A stretch of DNA of 63,361 bases, filler included, from Rozella allomycis CSF55 (lineage: Eukaryota): the NCBI GenBank assembly GCA_000442015.1. It is 6 parts of 6 records of this genome, joined end to end, with 100 filler letters (N's around TTAATTAATTAA, not from the genome) between each part and the next. Parts side by side here need not be neighbours in the genome. Positions count along the whole stretch, not along the records: positions 56,182 to 62,210 come from KE561020.1; positions 62,311 to 63,361 come from KE561023.1; 4 more parts are not named here. One strand, written 5' to 3'. Made by a program: the position numbers and the translations under genes. Positions 59,693 to 63,361 of this stretch are shown here, piece by piece; position 1 is the first letter of the stretch, and every line of letters starts with the position of its first letter. Below the pieces are notes generated by a model. That model was not told the DNA's origin, made no database searches, and saw only the letters and a program-made list of their open reading frames with translations.

Positions 59693-61775
59693 ATGATTGT
59701 TCTAATTTTTCTTTTCGCTTATCTATCAAATGTACTGGCCTTTGATTTATTTGGTGATAATGTTAAGAAGATTCTGGGTAAGAAGTTTTTAAAGCCAGAT
59801 GCTGACTATTACATACAACACCATGATGAAACTGCTTTTTATCTCTCTAGTCTTTGGCAACAGGTTTTAAACAAATCAGATGAGTGTAGTAATGAAGCCG
59901 AAAGATATTTAGAGTACCTAAGATCACCTTGTATTTCAACTTTGCTTTTTGTGACTTCATTATATCGTAGAACTGAAAAAGGGATGGAAGATGCTGTTCG
60001 TGACTATGCTAAAGATATTTGAAACTTTAAAAATGAATTTATAGCCGAATATATTCCAGAAAACTCCCAATGTTTCTCAAGAACATTTGATTATGGTCTG
60101 GAAGTAAGTTTAGAGTCCATCGATAAAAAATTTCATATCCATCGACTTGAATACATTGATCGATTAATTGGAATTCAAAATATTTTACTCGAGGATTTAA
60201 ATCTGACTAAAGACGGATCCATTCTTTTAAAAAAGGCGAGCGATTTAATTAGAAGACTCCTGCAAGTTTTGATTATGAAAAACATTGCATTTAGCTTCTC
60301 TCGGAAAATTCATCCATGCACATTAAACGAATTCGATCGCTTTGATCTTCCAGGAGTTTCACTTAACCCTAATGTGGAATGTATTGAGTTTTTAAGTAAG
60401 CGTACGTCGAAAGAAAAAGTATTAATTGATTTCACCGACGAGCATTCCTTGAATCGATTAAATTCTCTAATTAAGGACATNACTTCTCTCGGAAAATTCT
60501 TCCATGTACATTAAATGAATTCGATCGCTTTGATCTTCCAGGAGTTTCACAGAGAGTGATTAATCCTGATGTGGGATGTATTGAGTTTTTAAGTAAGCGT
60601 ACATCGAAAGAAAAAATATTAATTGACTTCACCGACGAGCATTCCTTGAATCGATTAAATTCTCTAATTAAGGACATTTCTGTTAAAAATTCAATTGTTC
60701 GATGCAATTTTGTTCCAAATGATATTCATTTTAGATGCGATTTTATAAATCTATCAAATTATTATGAGAGATTTACCCCGCAACTACAAAATTATTTTGA
60801 ACATTATGGCCGTCAAGTTTCTCATTTTATCGTTAATGGTTTTGATGGTGTTGATAAAGTTCTCATGTCGCTAATGAATTTAAAATATTTGAAGATTAAA
60901 AATTCTATCGTTGCAAATCAGAATCAACTTTGCAAGAGTTTAAAGTCCATGAAGCGGTTAGAATATGTGAAATTTAAAAGCCTAAATGAAAAAATTGATA
61001 TTGGGTGTTTAAATTATGAAACATTAAGAAAGTTGTCAATCGATTGGTGTGCTTCAAATCGAATCACAAACTTTCGCCTAAATTATCTTGCCATGGCTTG
61101 TCCTTACACTTTCCCAAATAATAATTATGAAATTCCAACAAAATCTATCACTGCCAAGTCCTTGAAAAACACATATCTTTCTTTGACTCAAGTTCCAAAC
61201 AGCTTTAAGATCTCCGTGGACTATTTTGATGCCATGAAATTTACTGATCAATTAGTTAAATTTCAAAACTTTCAAATCCCATCCGTTTCAAAATATTCAT
61301 TCGACAACTGTACTTTTGAGCATCCCGATTCGCTCTCAGGCCACGTCAAACAGCTCACTTTAAAGAATCAAAAAATTGATCAAGTTCTTCAACTATTGAA
61401 AACATTATTCTCGTCACTTTTTGCACTAAATTTGGACCGATTAGTGATGGAGAATGTGGCTCAACTCAACAAATNATATTAAAAACATTATCCTCGTCAC
61501 TTTTTGTACTAAATTTGGACCGATTAGTGATGGAGAATGTGGCTCAACTCAACAAATTGAAAGAATTAGAATTGCCAAAATTAGCAAAACTCAAAATATC
61601 AAATAGCAACTTGAATTTAGCCGCCTGTGAAATTCTCTCTGCATTCATGGTAAATATGCCATCATTAAAAGTTCTGGATTTGTCAGGAAACAGTATCGCT
61701 GCCACTGATTGCAAACTCCTAATTGACCTAGCTTTAGTTGATCAAAAGAGAACTCTCGCTTTAATAATAAATTAA
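59693..61775 (+). CDS. secreted leucine-rich-repeat protein (in-frame TGA at 60020-60022; allelic duplications at N joins)
   Basis: Signal MIVLIFLFAYLSNVLA; LRR motifs LKYLKIKN, LRKLSID, LAKLKISNSNL, LKVLDLSGNSI. Confidence 0.65.
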
Positions 61776-61819
61776 TATTCATATTGCTTTAATTAAAGTT
61801 CGTTTTGATTTTTGGGAGC

Positions 61820-62180
61820 AAAAACTGAGTGTGCTCACTTGAGGTGTCTTTATTAAGAACTAAATTTATTTCAACTTATAGACAAGTCTCGCTGCCGCAT
61901 TGCTCGTTAATTGGATGATGAGGTGTTCTAACAAGTCTTGCAGTGTGTCGCTCCATGCGCTTATAGTATCTTTATCCTCATAAATTGGATAGTAANGAAA
62001 AAACTGAGTGATCTCACTTGAGGTGTCTTTATTAAGAACTAAATTTATTTTAACTTATAGACAAGTCTCGCAGTGCGTTAACTGGACAAGGTGTTCTAAC
62101 AAGTCTCGCAGTGCTCGTTAATTGGACGATGAGGTGTTCTAACAAGTCTTGCAGTGCTCGTTAAATCGGTCGGGGAGTTT
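61820..62180. repeat. ~43-bp minisatellite within a duplicated non-coding block
   Basis: acaagtctcgcagtgctcgttaattggacgatgaggtgttcta-like units repeated with variants. Confidence 0.8.
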
Positions 62181-62310
62181 ATATTCACAATAAATTTCTT
62201 CACACAAAACNNNNNNNNNNNNNNNNNNNNNNNNNNNNNNNNNNNNNNNNNNNNTTAATTAATTAANNNNNNNNNNNNNNNNNNNNNNNNNNNNNNNNNN
62301 NNNNNNNNNN

Positions 62311-63361
62311 TTCATTTGAATATTCATTCACTAATTTTTCTCCATTATTACCTTCTTTATACTTCTCGTTATACTCCTCATTGTATTGTTCTTTAACCTC
62401 TTCACTGTGTTGTTGGTAATGTGGATCAGTATAGTTTACTTGCTCACTCATCTGTTGCTCATTAAATACCTGTTGTTCATTGAATACTTGATTTGTCAAT
62501 TGTTGCTCATTAAATACTTGATCACTCAAATGTTGGTCATTAAATACCTCTTCATTGTTTATAGCTTGCTGTTGATGGTTGTAGTCTTCATATTGGTTAT
62601 TCCATGTCGTGTCATTAAAATCTTCTTCATCTACATTGTTACTCGGTTGCTCAGCAATTTGATTTCCATTTTGATTAAACTGCTCATCGTATTGATTAAT
62701 ATGATTATCAAATGCAACATTATTAAACTCGATTGGATTTGATTGTTCATATTGGCTTTGAATATTATATTGTAGATCACTCACATCCTCACCCTTTACA
62801 TCATTTGAAACAACTTTTTCTTTTCTTTCAACGATATTTTCATTGGTATATTCATCAACATTCTCTTTCAATTCAACTTCAACAACATCAGTCTCGTTAN
62901 ACTTGCTCACTCAACTGTTGTTCATTGAATACTTGATCACTCAAATGTTGTTCATTGAATACCTCTTTTATAGCTTGTTGTTGATGGTTGTAGTCTACAT
63001 ATTGTTTATTCCATGCAGTGTCATTAAAGTGTTCTTCATCTACATTGTTGCTAGGCTGCTCAACAAGTTGATTTCCACTATGATTGAATTGTTCATCATA
63101 TTGATTAATATTTTTATCAAATGCAACATAACTAAACTCGATTGGATTCGATTGTTCATATTGGCTTTGAATATTAAATTGTAGATCACTCACATCCTCA
63201 CCCTTTAAATCATTGGAAACAACTTCTTCTTTTCTTTCAATAATACTTTCATTAGTAAATTCATCAACATTCTCTTTCAAGTCAACTTCAACAACATCAG
63301 TCTCTTTACTTTCAATTGCTATCTCAACAACTTTTAAATCTTCTTTATATCTCATTAAATT
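62311..63361 (-). CDS. fragment of N/Q/E-rich low-complexity repeat protein, two diverged copies joined at N 62900
   Basis: QVFNEQ(Q/H)LS repeats; ETDVVEV.LKENVDE block occurs twice; both ends open. Confidence 0.55.

Noticed and set aside
61880-62165. Regularly spaced repeats resembling a CRISPR array
   Set aside because: Units are contiguous with no unique spacers, there are no cas genes and the context is eukaryotic; it is a minisatellite.

Overview
AT-rich, extremely gene-dense eukaryotic DNA with very short (about 25-35 nt) GT-AG introns and tiny intergenic gaps. The gene set (CFAP74, WAVE/SCAR, HAUS6, class C GPCR, fimbrin, Sey1, CreC/WDR20) points to a flagellated, early-diverging fungus or fungal relative. 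Rozella/Cryptomycota is my inference, not verified. The window has five scaffold gaps (N44-TTAATTAATTAA-N44) and many single-N joins flanked by near-identical duplicates, which are probably allelic assembly artefacts. About 35 genes are present: housekeeping blocks alternate with accessory blocks holding secreted orphan proteins, pseudogene fragments and small DNA-transposon relics. The most striking observation is that three introns in two neighbouring genes (SEY1 and a VPS39-like gene) consist of 2, 3 and 5 back-to-back 26-32 nt GT...AG units with no exon between them, suggesting stacked or recursive mini-intron splicing. Other highlights: secreted effector candidates (CAE-type deaminase motif, Cys/His protease-like motif, ART-like motif), two type I surface proteins sharing a C-terminal anchor, a frameshifted WAVE gene, a divergent gene pair with ATGs 14 bp apart around an AAATTT motif, and a 105-bp insertion whose empty site is also visible. 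Exon structures were read by eye and family calls come from recalled motifs; no database searches were run.
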